Of a stretch of DNA of 64,000 nucleotides, positions 50,424 to 59,420 are shown piece after piece; within the stretch, counting starts at the first letter, position 1, and every line of letters begins with the position of its first letter. Under the pieces are notes generated by a model. The model was not told the origin of the DNA and made no database searches. It saw only the letters and a program-made list of their open reading frames with translations. The DNA comes from Spirochaetota bacterium (lineage in GTDB: Bacteria > Spirochaetota > UBA4802 > UBA5368). The stretch lies in assembly GCA_018263175.1 (NCBI GenBank), contig JADFDB010000001.1:260-64259 (forward strand). Reading direction: 5' to 3'. Position numbers and translations under genes: made by a program.

Positions 50424-51170
50424 TTACTCCTGGACCATATAGCTTTCGGCGTAGCGGGAGTTTTCCTGTACCTCGTTCAGTATGTCGAGAGCGCGGCTTT
50501 TGGTGGCGATGGGGCCGATGCGTACCCTGAAATAGCTCCTGCCGTTCACCTGTGTGCGGTCCATGTAGGCATCGTAGTTCATCTTTTTAAGACTTTCTAT
50601 CTCCGACGTGGCCTTGGATCTTTTATCGAATGCCGCAACCTGGACGGCGTATTCGCCCCGCAGCGCGTTGGCGGCCGCCTTTTTCTGGTCGGCAACGACC
50701 TCCACGGTCCGCTGCTTGCGCGATTTTTCATTCTTCTTTACCGCATGCTTTTTGACGGGCCTCGCATTCTCCACGGAAGACACATGCTCCTTCGGGTCGG
50801 GCGCGGGGGGTATGATCTCCTTAATGGCCTCGGAAGTGAGCACGTCGTGCGTCGGGGAGCTCTTCTCCATGGCGGCGAACTCATTGCCCTTGATGGCCGG
50901 GGCCTTGTCCCGGTCGGCCGTTCCGGGCGTGATGAGCCGGTCGATCTCCGACTGCGCGTTCATCATATTCTCGTCCGAGGACGGGAGCTTCCCGGCGGAG
51001 ATGGAGTCCGTCGGCAGATCGAGCAGGGAGTCCCGGTTCGCGATGGCGTCTCCGGGCTTTTCGTTCGATTTGTACAGGTTCATTCCGAGCAGAAACGATA
51101 TAATGATCACGCCGATCGCAACCGACGCGACGATGATGATGCGCGGCGTGTCGAGATTGACGGTATACAT
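50424..51170 (-). CDS. membrane-anchored SPOR-domain protein (septal peptidoglycan-binding)
   Basis: Start at MYTVNLDTPRIIIVASVAIGVIIISFLLG (TM), preceded by an aaggaaa/ggag RBS. C-terminal SPOR (YAVQVAAF...RSYFRVRIGPIATK). Confidence 0.65.
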   Translation of the reverse strand: MYTVNLDTPRIIIVASVAIGVIIISFLLGMNLYKSNEKPGDAIANRDSLLDLPTDSISAGKLPSSDENMMNAQSEIDRLITPGTADRDKAPAIKGNEFAAMEKSSPTHDVLTSEAIKEIIPPAPDPKEHVSSVENARPVKKHAVKKNEKSRKQRTVEVVADQKKAAANALRGEYAVQVAAFDKRSKATSEIESLKKMNYDAYMDRTQVNGRSYFRVRIGPIATKSRALDILNEVQENSRYAESYMVQE

Positions 51171-51181
51171 GTTCTTTTCCT

Positions 51182-51778
51182 TTACTCCGTTCTGGTGGAA
51201 TTGGTCAAAGTGTTCCATATTTCTACTACCTGCCTCCTGGTGTTTTCCAGACCGCCTGAGTTATCTATTACATAATCGGCCCTTTTTATCTTTTCATTGA
51301 GAGAAATTTGGTTGTTCAGGCGGTCCTGAATCTCCTCCCTGCTGATACGGTCGCGCAGCGCGCCCCGCTCGAGCGCCTGCTCGGTGGCCGCGGTGACGAC
51401 GATATTTTTATCCATAAAGCGGTCGAAACCGCTTTCGAAGAGGAGCGGCGTGTTTACCATGAAGACGGCCCCCGGAGCGCTTTCGAATATCTCGGAGGCC
51501 TTTTTTAAAATTAGCGGATGGGTGATCGCATTAAGACGTTTCACCAGTTCCGGGTTTTTGAACACCAGGCCGGCGAAACCGCGGCGGTCGAGCGAGCCGT
51601 CGGTGCCGAGTATTTCGGGACCAAATTCCCCGACGAGCATCTTCAGCCCCTCAGTGCCGGGTTCGACGATGTCTCGTGCGATGATGTCGGTGTCGATGAC
51701 GCGGGCGCCGAGCTCCTCAAACATTGCGCACACCGTTCCTTTGCCGGATGCGAATATCCCCGTAACGCCGATTTTCAT
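51182..51778 (-). CDS. coaE: dephospho-CoA kinase
   Basis: MKIGVTGIFASGKGTV P-loop. About 198 aa. DxD/THPLI motifs. Confidence 0.8.
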   Translation of the reverse strand: MKIGVTGIFASGKGTVCAMFEELGARVIDTDIIARDIVEPGTEGLKMLVGEFGPEILGTDGSLDRRGFAGLVFKNPELVKRLNAITHPLILKKASEIFESAPGAVFMVNTPLLFESGFDRFMDKNIVVTAATEQALERGALRDRISREEIQDRLNNQISLNEKIKRADYVIDNSGGLENTRRQVVEIWNTLTNSTRTE

Positions 51779-53328
51779 TGGTCGTCCCCCCTGTTTAGTA
51801 TATGCCCAATTTTGGTCTTCATCGAATCAAGGAGCGTATCGTCGGCCTCTCCGGCAAGTGAGGCGCGCATAAGGCGATCGAGAATCTCCGGTTGCGCAAG
51901 GACATTTTTAAGCTCGCGGAGCCCCGGCCGAAGGGCGATAGCCGGGCACGAATCGAGGGCCCGGAGGAGGATCGGCATGGAGTCCGCGTCGCGAACGGCG
52001 AACGATGAGAAAAAGTCTTCCGCGTCTATATCCGTCGCGCCGGCCAGCGAGACTCCCGAGGTGTGCAGCCGGTAAAGCCCGGAGAGTATGCTGCGCCGGA
52101 TCATCGACTCGATGGACTCGCGGTAGGCGGCGAAGGACCTTCGGCTGAAGCGTCCGTCGACGAGGTGCCCGCCGCTCGATTTCATGATGTAGGAAAGATT
52201 GCGCGTTTCGACCGGTCCGAAGCGCTCCTGGAAGAAGAGCGTAAAGCGTCGCTGATAGGCCGTGTTTCGTGCGTAGATTGTTTGATCAGCGAAGCTGAAG
52301 TCAAAGCCGGCAAGGGCGATCGGGGCAAGGCCGAGCCGGGCCGCTAGCAGTATGGCGTCGCCGGCAACCGTGCCCGTGCCTGAATCGATCGAGCCCACGG
52401 CCCCCGGATGCAGCTCGTCGATGAGCTGGGAGAGAGGGTGGGTGTTGAGCGACAGAAGGCCGCGATGCCTGCGGAGGGGAAGCGGGTAGGCGGTGAGGGA
52501 AAACACCGGTACGGTAGCCGCAGGCACTGCAGTGGTGAAATGCTCGCAGACGTGCTGCTGCGGATCGATGGAGACGGCAAAATCCGGCCTTATGCCGGCG
52601 CCCGAGAGCACCGGGAGCGCCGAGTCCACCGCTACGATCACGATGCGTCTGCGCGCTTTCAGTATGAACGGAAGAACGCGTTCGAGCGTCGGTCCGGAGG
52701 TGATGACGACCGCGGGAAGCCCATCCAGCAGTTTGAACAGCGTCCTTACCGGGCGCAATCGTCCGATAGCGTCGAGGTTGAGGATCGCGTTGCGGAGATA
52801 GCGCCGGGCGAAGGCGTTCCTCGTGGTGGTGTTCGTGCTGAAGCGGTCGATGGCCCGGCGGATGACTTCCCTCGCCCGAGCGTAGTATTCAGGGAAAAGG
52901 CGCAGCGACGCGGGATGTTCGAGGACCTGAATTCCCCGTGCCACGCCCCGGGCGAGGAGTTCAGCGACTCCAAGCTCGATTTCGTCCATCGTACCGCCGG
53001 CGAGCAGGACTCTCGGTCGATCCAGCAGGAAGGCCGTCAATGGATTCCGGGCGATCTCGGAGTCGATGCCGGGCAGAACGTCGACGATCAGCACCCGCAT
53101 ATTCGCGAGCCTTCCCTCGCCGAGCGGCAGCAGGTGATAGCCGAGACCGGCACCGAGAACGATCAGCACATCGTATTTTTCGGCCTGGAACGACGAGCGA
53201 AGGGAGTCGGCCTCGCGTGACGGCGCGACCCTGCTGTGCAGATAGTGCAGGGAGCCGCCGTCCGGTACGGCGAGCGTCGGCAGGCCTTCGCGGGACGATT
53301 CTATGACGAAGCGGGGTGATCGATCCAT
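51775..53328 (-). CDS. DUF115 / motility-accessory-factor (Maf)-like, MptE-like protein
   Basis: 517 aa. Central Rossmann-like block (YDVLIVLGAGLGYHL, VVITSGPTL, DFAVSIDPQ) resembling DUF115 glycosyltransferase-like Maf proteins. 4-nt overlap with coaE. Confidence 0.45.
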   Translation of the reverse strand: MDRSPRFVIESSREGLPTLAVPDGGSLHYLHSRVAPSREADSLRSSFQAEKYDVLIVLGAGLGYHLLPLGEGRLANMRVLIVDVLPGIDSEIARNPLTAFLLDRPRVLLAGGTMDEIELGVAELLARGVARGIQVLEHPASLRLFPEYYARAREVIRRAIDRFSTNTTTRNAFARRYLRNAILNLDAIGRLRPVRTLFKLLDGLPAVVITSGPTLERVLPFILKARRRIVIVAVDSALPVLSGAGIRPDFAVSIDPQQHVCEHFTTAVPAATVPVFSLTAYPLPLRRHRGLLSLNTHPLSQLIDELHPGAVGSIDSGTGTVAGDAILLAARLGLAPIALAGFDFSFADQTIYARNTAYQRRFTLFFQERFGPVETRNLSYIMKSSGGHLVDGRFSRRSFAAYRESIESMIRRSILSGLYRLHTSGVSLAGATDIDAEDFFSSFAVRDADSMPILLRALDSCPAIALRPGLRELKNVLAQPEILDRLMRASLAGEADDTLLDSMKTKIGHILNRGDDQ

Positions 53329-53392
53329 GGTATAATGATCGAAACAATCGTGCCGTTTTTTTCGCTTTTTATCGCAGCGTCGTCCTGTCCCG

Positions 53393-54934
53393 CTATTGCA
53401 GCAGTCTGAATTCGGTGCGGCGGTTCAGTTCGTCGTATTCCGGCCCGGTCTTTCCGACTCTGGGTTCGGTCTTGCCGGCACCGCGTATCGCGAGGCGCGA
53501 CTCGGCGATACCCTTTTTTACGAGATAGTCTTTCACCGCGCGGGCGCGTTCGAGGCTGAGCCTGTTGTTGAATTCGTCCGAACCGTGGAGGTCGGTGTGG
53601 CCGACTACCTCGAAACGGAGCGACGGGCTCTTCGTGAGGTATTCCGCGAGCGCGTCGAGATAGGGGATCGACTCGGGTGTTATCCTGGCCGATTCGAAGT
53701 CGAAGTGTATGGCGTGAATGTCGAAGCGGGCCTCCTTTTCAACAGGCGCCAGATCGACGACCAGCGGCGTGCCCCTAATTTTCGCGAGATCGATTGTCCG
53801 GAAGAGTGGCATATAGCCCTTTTCGCTTATATTGAGGTCGATCGTTTTCACGGCGGGGTTGTAGGTGATTACGACCTTGCCGTCCGCATCAGTCTTTTTT
53901 TTAAGCTCGGCGGTCATGGCCGCCTCGCCCTCCCGCTCGATCCTTGTAAAGAGCTTGAGCTCGGTCTCAACGGGTTTGCCGGTCTTCTTGTCGCGGACGA
54001 TGATGGTGAGCGGTTCGATTTTTGCGATCGTGGAATTGTAGATGTCGTACAGCCCCATGCCGCCCCTGCGGTTGGAGCAGAAATACAGGCTGTCGCCGAT
54101 TATCGAGAGGTGGACGTCGTTGGCGCTTGAATTGATGCCGGGGCCAAGGTTCACCGGGGCCCCATAGCGGCCGTCCTCGAAGGAGGTGAAATAGAGGTCC
54201 CATCCACCATAGCCGCCGCTTCGGCGCGAGGAGAAAAAGAAGCCCCTGCCGTCGGGCGCCGGCGTAAGGCTGATGTCCTGCTCGCCGATGTTGACGGGGG
54301 CGGGCATGGGACGCGCGTTGATGAAGGAGCCGTCGCCGGTTTCGTCATGGTATTCGGCGCTCATTATATAGGCTCTGTCGATTGTGCCGAAGGGCCAGGT
54401 TGTATAGTAGAGCGTGGACAGGTCGCGGCTGAGGCTCGGCGAGCGCTCGTGATTGACGGTGTTGACCGTGCCCGGAAGCCGTATGGGCCTCTGCCAATTT
54501 CCGCCGATATTCTGGCTCACGTAGATGTCGTAGGATACCCGTATCTTCCCGGTGGTGTCGGCGGGCATCTCGAGGCTGCCGTCGCGGTCCGAGGCGAAGA
54601 AGATAAAGGCACCGTCGGGGGTGATGAAAGGAGTTTCGTCGTTGTAGGCTGAATTGATCTCGCGTATGGCATGGGGCTCGCCCCATCCGCCGCCTTCTTT
54701 ACGGCACAGGTAGATGTTCTGGTATGTTTCGCCTGAGCGTTTAGAATTGAACACCATGGTCTTTCCGTCGGCCGTAAAGGAGGGGGCGAAATCATCGAAG
54801 GGCGTGTTGATCGAAGAGCCTATATTTACGATGTTTTCCACCTGCAGGGGAAGCGCCTGCGAGAACAGCACCGCTGCCGGGGCCGCGGCGAATATGCATG
54901 CCGACACCATTACGACGACCGTTTTATTTTCCAT
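53393..54934 (-). CDS. OmpA-family peptidoglycan-binding protein with TolB-like beta-propeller repeats
   Basis: Signal peptide. Repeated PxxxxDGxxxxFxSxRxG units (PSFTADGKTMVFNSKRSG, PFITPDGAFIFFASDRDG, TPAPDGRGFFFSSRRSG). C-terminal OmpA_C (FEVVGHTDLHGSDEFNNRLSLERARAV). Confidence 0.8.
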   Translation of the reverse strand: MENKTVVVMVSACIFAAAPAAVLFSQALPLQVENIVNIGSSINTPFDDFAPSFTADGKTMVFNSKRSGETYQNIYLCRKEGGGWGEPHAIREINSAYNDETPFITPDGAFIFFASDRDGSLEMPADTTGKIRVSYDIYVSQNIGGNWQRPIRLPGTVNTVNHERSPSLSRDLSTLYYTTWPFGTIDRAYIMSAEYHDETGDGSFINARPMPAPVNIGEQDISLTPAPDGRGFFFSSRRSGGYGGWDLYFTSFEDGRYGAPVNLGPGINSSANDVHLSIIGDSLYFCSNRRGGMGLYDIYNSTIAKIEPLTIIVRDKKTGKPVETELKLFTRIEREGEAAMTAELKKKTDADGKVVITYNPAVKTIDLNISEKGYMPLFRTIDLAKIRGTPLVVDLAPVEKEARFDIHAIHFDFESARITPESIPYLDALAEYLTKSPSLRFEVVGHTDLHGSDEFNNRLSLERARAVKDYLVKKGIAESRLAIRGAGKTEPRVGKTGPEYDELNRRTEFRLLQ

Positions 54935-55082
54935 TAATGCATCCTTCCCTGTATATAATGCCGTCTTTTGTACGCATGAAGGCTACCGAAAGCAAAGGGA
55001 AAAGGCAAATAAAAATCGAATGCCGCAACTGATAGACCGGGAAATTTCTTGCGGATGCGCGTGGAAGGGGTAGGCTGGGTCA

Positions 55083-55922
55083 ATGGTGATTGATTTTCAC
55101 ACGCATATTTTCCCAGAGCGGATCGTCGGGAACCGCGAAGATTTTTTTGACGATGCGGACTTCCGCGCCCTGTACGGCCCGGCGAAGTCCCGTATCGCGG
55201 GCAGCGTCGAACTTCTGCGCGCCATGGACGAAAACGGGATCGACGCGGCCGTGGCGATGGGATTCCCCTGGTCGAGTGCGGAACGCCTGTCGATGCATAA
55301 CGACTATCTCCTCGAATCAGCTCTTGCCTCTGGCGGCAGGCTCCTCCCCTTCTGCGCGATTTCCCGCGGCGATGCCGGTGCCGTGGACCGTGCCGCCATG
55401 AAGGCGCGGACCGATGGTTTCGCCGGTATCGGGGAGGCGGCCTTTTATTCCGACGCGGGTGATGACCAGACGGCGACTCTCTCGGCGCTGTTTTCCGCCG
55501 CCAGGGCCGCGGCGCTGCCCGTCTGCCTGCACGTCAACGAGCCGGTGGGCCATACGTACGCGGGGAAGTACGCGACGGATTTTTCCGCGCTGTACGAGGC
55601 CATCCGCACGGTCCCCGACCATCCAATAATCCTGGCGCACTGGGGCGGAGGCATTCTGTTCTACGAGCTCATGCCTGAGGTGAGGGAGGCCTTTGCCGCC
55701 GTTTATTACGATACGGCCGCCTCGCCGTTCCTGTATCGGGACGACATCTATGAGGCCGCCCGTTCGATCATCGGAGTGGATAAGATACTGTTCGGCTCGG
55801 ATTATCCTCTCACCGGATATCGGCGCTACCTCGATGCACTAAGAGGAGCGCCGTTAACGGCCTCCGAGAGGGAGGCCATTCTGGGGGGAAATTCGGAGCG
55901 GCTCCTCGGCCTGCACCGGTGA
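55083..55922 (+). CDS. amidohydrolase-2 (TIM-barrel metal-dependent hydrolase) family protein
   Basis: MVIDFHTHIFP N-terminal HxH metal site. ..ILAHWGGG.. and ..FGSDYP.. downstream ligand motifs. Confidence 0.65.
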   Translation: MVIDFHTHIFPERIVGNREDFFDDADFRALYGPAKSRIAGSVELLRAMDENGIDAAVAMGFPWSSAERLSMHNDYLLESALASGGRLLPFCAISRGDAGAVDRAAMKARTDGFAGIGEAAFYSDAGDDQTATLSALFSAARAAALPVCLHVNEPVGHTYAGKYATDFSALYEAIRTVPDHPIILAHWGGGILFYELMPEVREAFAAVYYDTAASPFLYRDDIYEAARSIIGVDKILFGSDYPLTGYRRYLDALRGAPLTASEREAILGGNSERLLGLHR

Positions 55923-55978
55923 GCGCGGCAGCCCCCAAATGGCCGGTAAAAGCTGCCGCGTCGATCGTTCTTAATCGG

Positions 55979-56260
55979 TTATTTCGATCCGCCCTGAAGA
56001 TTTTTGAGCTTGATCTCGCCGATCTTCGCCTTGAGGTCGGGATCGCTTTCGACCTTCTGTGAGAAGTCTTCATACTGCTTCAGGGTGTAGTTGTATTTTT
56101 TAACGATAGCTTCCGTGGATTCGGGCGTCAGGTCGGTCGAGAAGACCTCACTCTGAATCTTGAGAAAATCTTCGGGCGTCATCTGGCCCGAGATCTTGGA
56201 GCATGAGCTTACCAGGGCAAAAGCGACAAGGGCGATCAGCATAAACCGTGCGTATTTCAT
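55979..56260 (-). CDS. small lipoprotein, hypothetical
   Basis: MKYARFMLIALVAFALVSSC lipobox. 93 aa. Confidence 0.5.
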   Translation of the reverse strand: MKYARFMLIALVAFALVSSCSKISGQMTPEDFLKIQSEVFSTDLTPESTEAIVKKYNYTLKQYEDFSQKVESDPDLKAKIGEIKLKNLQGGSK

Positions 56261-56523
56261 ACCACCTCCTGGGTATCGTCTGTAATCTCCGGCGCTTCGC
56301 CCGGCGGCTGTTGTGCCGTTAGCAGCAGTACCGTGTACATCCCAAGTATGGTAGAAAAATTACGCGTTGTCAACAAGATTAATCGGCGCGCCAAGTAGCA
56401 TCGTCCGTCGTGCTGACCCGGTCCGGGGAAGGGCTAATTATTCTTGCATAATAATCGATCAACCAGGCTAATGCAGGTGCAGGTCACGCAGGGAAGAGTT
56501 TACAACGCGATGCGGAGGGGCGG

Positions 56524-57831
56524 GTGATGGTTCCGGTGAAAAAATTGAAGGAGCTCTCGAAGGACGAGATCGACTCGCTCTTTAACCGCTTCGGCGAGGA
56601 TTTCAGCGATATCATGATCAACACGGTGGTCCCCATCGTGAACGCGGTGCGTGCCGGGGGAGACGACGCGGTGCGCAGGTATACGGAGCGTTTCGACGGC
56701 GCGCGGCTTGAGGCCCTGATGGCGACGGAGGAGGAGATTGAAACGGCCTTCACCCGTTTCGATAAAAAGGCGCTTGCGGCCTTCCGAAAGGCGAAGGAAA
56801 ATATTGAGGAGTTCCACCTTCACCAGAAGCGCACGGACATCGCGTACAAACGCCCGGACGGCACGACCCTGGGCGTGCAGTACGAACCGATCGCAAGTGC
56901 GGGGCTTTATGTGCCGGGGGGCAAGGCCTCCTACCCGTCCTCCGTGCTCATGGGTGCGATCCCCGCTCAGATCGCCGGGGTGAAGGACATAACGATTATC
57001 ACTCCTCCCGCCGGGAACGGCGCTGTTCCGGACGCGGTGCTCGCGGTCTGCAAGATCATCGGCATCACCGACGTGCTGAAGTCCGGCGGCGCGCAGGGCA
57101 TCGCCGCTTCCGGCTTCGGCACCGAAAGCGTCCGCAAGGCCGACATCATCGTGGGACCGGGCAACATCTACGTAACGGCGGCGAAGACCTATCTCTTCAG
57201 CATGGGGATCATCCAGATCGATTCGATGGCCGGCCCGAGCGAGGTCCTCATCATCGCGGATGAATCGGCCGATCCCGAGTGGGTGGCGTACGATTTTCTC
57301 TCGCAGGCGGAGCATGAAGAGCGTGCGCTCGCAGTGCTCGTGACGACGTCCGCGGCGCTGGCAAGCGGGGTCGTCGCGGAAATAGAAAAGGACATCGGGC
57401 GCGGACTGGGGCGCATCGCGATAAAGAAGAAGGCGCTCGAGCGGGCGGTCATCATCCTCGTGGACTCGATCGACGAGGCGATAGAGTTCTCAAACCGCTA
57501 CGGCCCCGAGCACATGGAATTCATGGTGCCGGACCCCCTCGACTACCTGGGCCGCATTCGAAACGTCGGTTCGCTTTTTCTCGGCATGTACGCTCCGGTG
57601 GCGGTCGGCGATTATTATTCCGGCACCAATCATATTCTGCCCACCGGCGGCGCGGCGAGGTTCTCCTCGGGAGTGTCGGTCGAGACGTTTCTGCGCCGGA
57701 CCACGTTTCAGCATCTTACTCCCGGCGCGCTCCGCGAGGCGCTCGATCCGGTGATGGCCATGTCCCGCGTGGAAGGTTTCGACGACAAGCACGGCGGTTC
57801 GGTGGAAGTCCGTTTCAAAAAGAAAAGCTGA
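56524..57831 (+). CDS. hisD: histidinol dehydrogenase
   Basis: 435 aa. HisD-type Rossmann and Zn-site motifs (..GPGNIYVTAAK.., ..SQAEHEE.., ..HIL..). Confidence 0.85.
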   Translation: MMVPVKKLKELSKDEIDSLFNRFGEDFSDIMINTVVPIVNAVRAGGDDAVRRYTERFDGARLEALMATEEEIETAFTRFDKKALAAFRKAKENIEEFHLHQKRTDIAYKRPDGTTLGVQYEPIASAGLYVPGGKASYPSSVLMGAIPAQIAGVKDITIITPPAGNGAVPDAVLAVCKIIGITDVLKSGGAQGIAASGFGTESVRKADIIVGPGNIYVTAAKTYLFSMGIIQIDSMAGPSEVLIIADESADPEWVAYDFLSQAEHEERALAVLVTTSAALASGVVAEIEKDIGRGLGRIAIKKKALERAVIILVDSIDEAIEFSNRYGPEHMEFMVPDPLDYLGRIRNVGSLFLGMYAPVAVGDYYSGTNHILPTGGAARFSSGVSVETFLRRTTFQHLTPGALREALDPVMAMSRVEGFDDKHGGSVEVRFKKKS

Positions 57832-57901
57832 GAGTCGGCCATGGGCCACCGCTTCGCGTTCAGTCAGGCGATGGTTTTTCGTTTGTCGGTAGCCGGATCA
57901 T

Positions 57902-59011
57902 GTGCTAGCGTATAGCGTCATGCTGGAACAATTTAAACTGCCGGCCTACCGGCCCCCCGATTTTTCGGATAAGCGTTTCGCCGGCCGCCCCGTGGCGTGC
58001 ACCCTTCGGGCCGAGGCCGACGGCATCGTGCCCGACGGCTATCACGCGACGAGCATCTATCCCGAATACATCCAGACGGCTGAGGGCGTGTGGAGGCTCC
58101 TCTCCTCCTCGCGCATGGACTGCGCGGTCGTACTCGACGGCGATTCGCTCGAGGTTAGGGAATTCAGGCGCGTGCGGAAGGGCGACCATATACTCGCAGG
58201 GCGCAGCGAGGACGGCGAGGAGGGAATCTACGTCCACACGACCGGCTTTACGGAGAGTGCGACGCGCGGCGAGAAGTTCTCGTTTCATACCCGACGAACG
58301 CGCGAAACACCGTTCTCGCGCGACTATGACAGGATGTACGAGCTTCTGCGCCACGAGCGGGAAAGGGGGAAGATCGTCTGGGTGCTCGGACCCGCGCTCA
58401 CCTTCGATTTCGATTCGCGCTCGGCCATGTCCCGCATCATCGATTCGGGCTACGCCCACGCCGTGCTCGCCGGCAATGCCCTGGCCACCCACGATATTGA
58501 GGCCGCCCTGTACCGTACCGGGCTCGGACAGGATATCTATACAAAGGAGTACCGCCGCCTCGGGCATTACCATCACCTCGACGCCATCAATACAGTCCGG
58601 CGGCACGGTTCCATGAAAAGCATGTTCGAACAGGGCCTGTTGAAAGACGGCATCGTGGCGGCCTGCCTTAAGCGGGAGATACCGCTGGTGCTCGCCGGAT
58701 CGATCAGGGACGACGGTCCGCTGCCGGAGGTGATATCCGACGCGTACCGGTCGCAGGACGCGATGCGCGATACGGTGCGGGACGCTACGACGGTGATCGC
58801 GCTGGCAACGCAACTGCACGCCATCGCGACGGGTAACATGCTGCCGTCGTACCAGGTCTTCGGCGAGCTGGTCAGGCCGGTGTATTTTTATATCGTCGAT
58901 GTATCGGAATTCGCGCTGGATAAACTGGCCAACCGCGGGAGCCTGGAGGTGCGCGGGATCGTCACGAATGTTCAGGATTTTCTCATCAACCTCCAGCGCG
59001 CGCTCGCGTGA
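57902..59011 (+). CDS. conserved hypothetical protein (possibly TIGR00300 / LOR-SDH-like family)
   Basis: Coding-like composition on the + strand; the 402-aa minus-strand ORF over it is junk. Probable start MLEQFKL at 57920. Family assignment from overall pattern only. Confidence 0.4.
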   Translation: MLAYSVMLEQFKLPAYRPPDFSDKRFAGRPVACTLRAEADGIVPDGYHATSIYPEYIQTAEGVWRLLSSSRMDCAVVLDGDSLEVREFRRVRKGDHILAGRSEDGEEGIYVHTTGFTESATRGEKFSFHTRRTRETPFSRDYDRMYELLRHERERGKIVWVLGPALTFDFDSRSAMSRIIDSGYAHAVLAGNALATHDIEAALYRTGLGQDIYTKEYRRLGHYHHLDAINTVRRHGSMKSMFEQGLLKDGIVAACLKREIPLVLAGSIRDDGPLPEVISDAYRSQDAMRDTVRDATTVIALATQLHAIATGNMLPSYQVFGELVRPVYFYIVDVSEFALDKLANRGSLEVRGIVTNVQDFLINLQRALA

Positions 59012-59420
59012 GCCTGCCGGCGGCGACTGCCGCCTCGTGTCGAAACCTCGGCCGACATTAAAACCGACTTCAAGGTCTGGTAGGCCCCGCCCCTCACATT
59101 TCATCGGTTTCAACCCGGGTCCTTCTTCCGAGAGGTTTTATTCTGAGATGGAATTCGGTACCGGAAGCCTCATGCAAAGACATGACGCGACGCTCGCACT
59201 AGGCCGCGCGTGCAACCGGCGATTTGCGGCGAAAACCATGCCGACGGCTCGAGAGGAATGCATCCGGTTAATAAATACGCGATACTGCATTTTAACCGCT
59301 TACTGCGATCATGGTCGTAGTACCGGATTAAAAAGTGCTTTCTTTTCTCGTGCGGTGATGTTTCATTGAAAAGGCCGCCGCTGCTCGGGGCGGCGAACTC
59401 TATTTGGGGATACGCGCACG

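Noticed and set aside
57905-59113. 402-aa minus-strand ORF overlapping the 57902..59011 + gene
   Set aside because: Arg/Gly/Pro-rich composition with no motifs. The + frame is co-directional with hisD and has protein-like composition. A residual possibility is that neither frame is correct.
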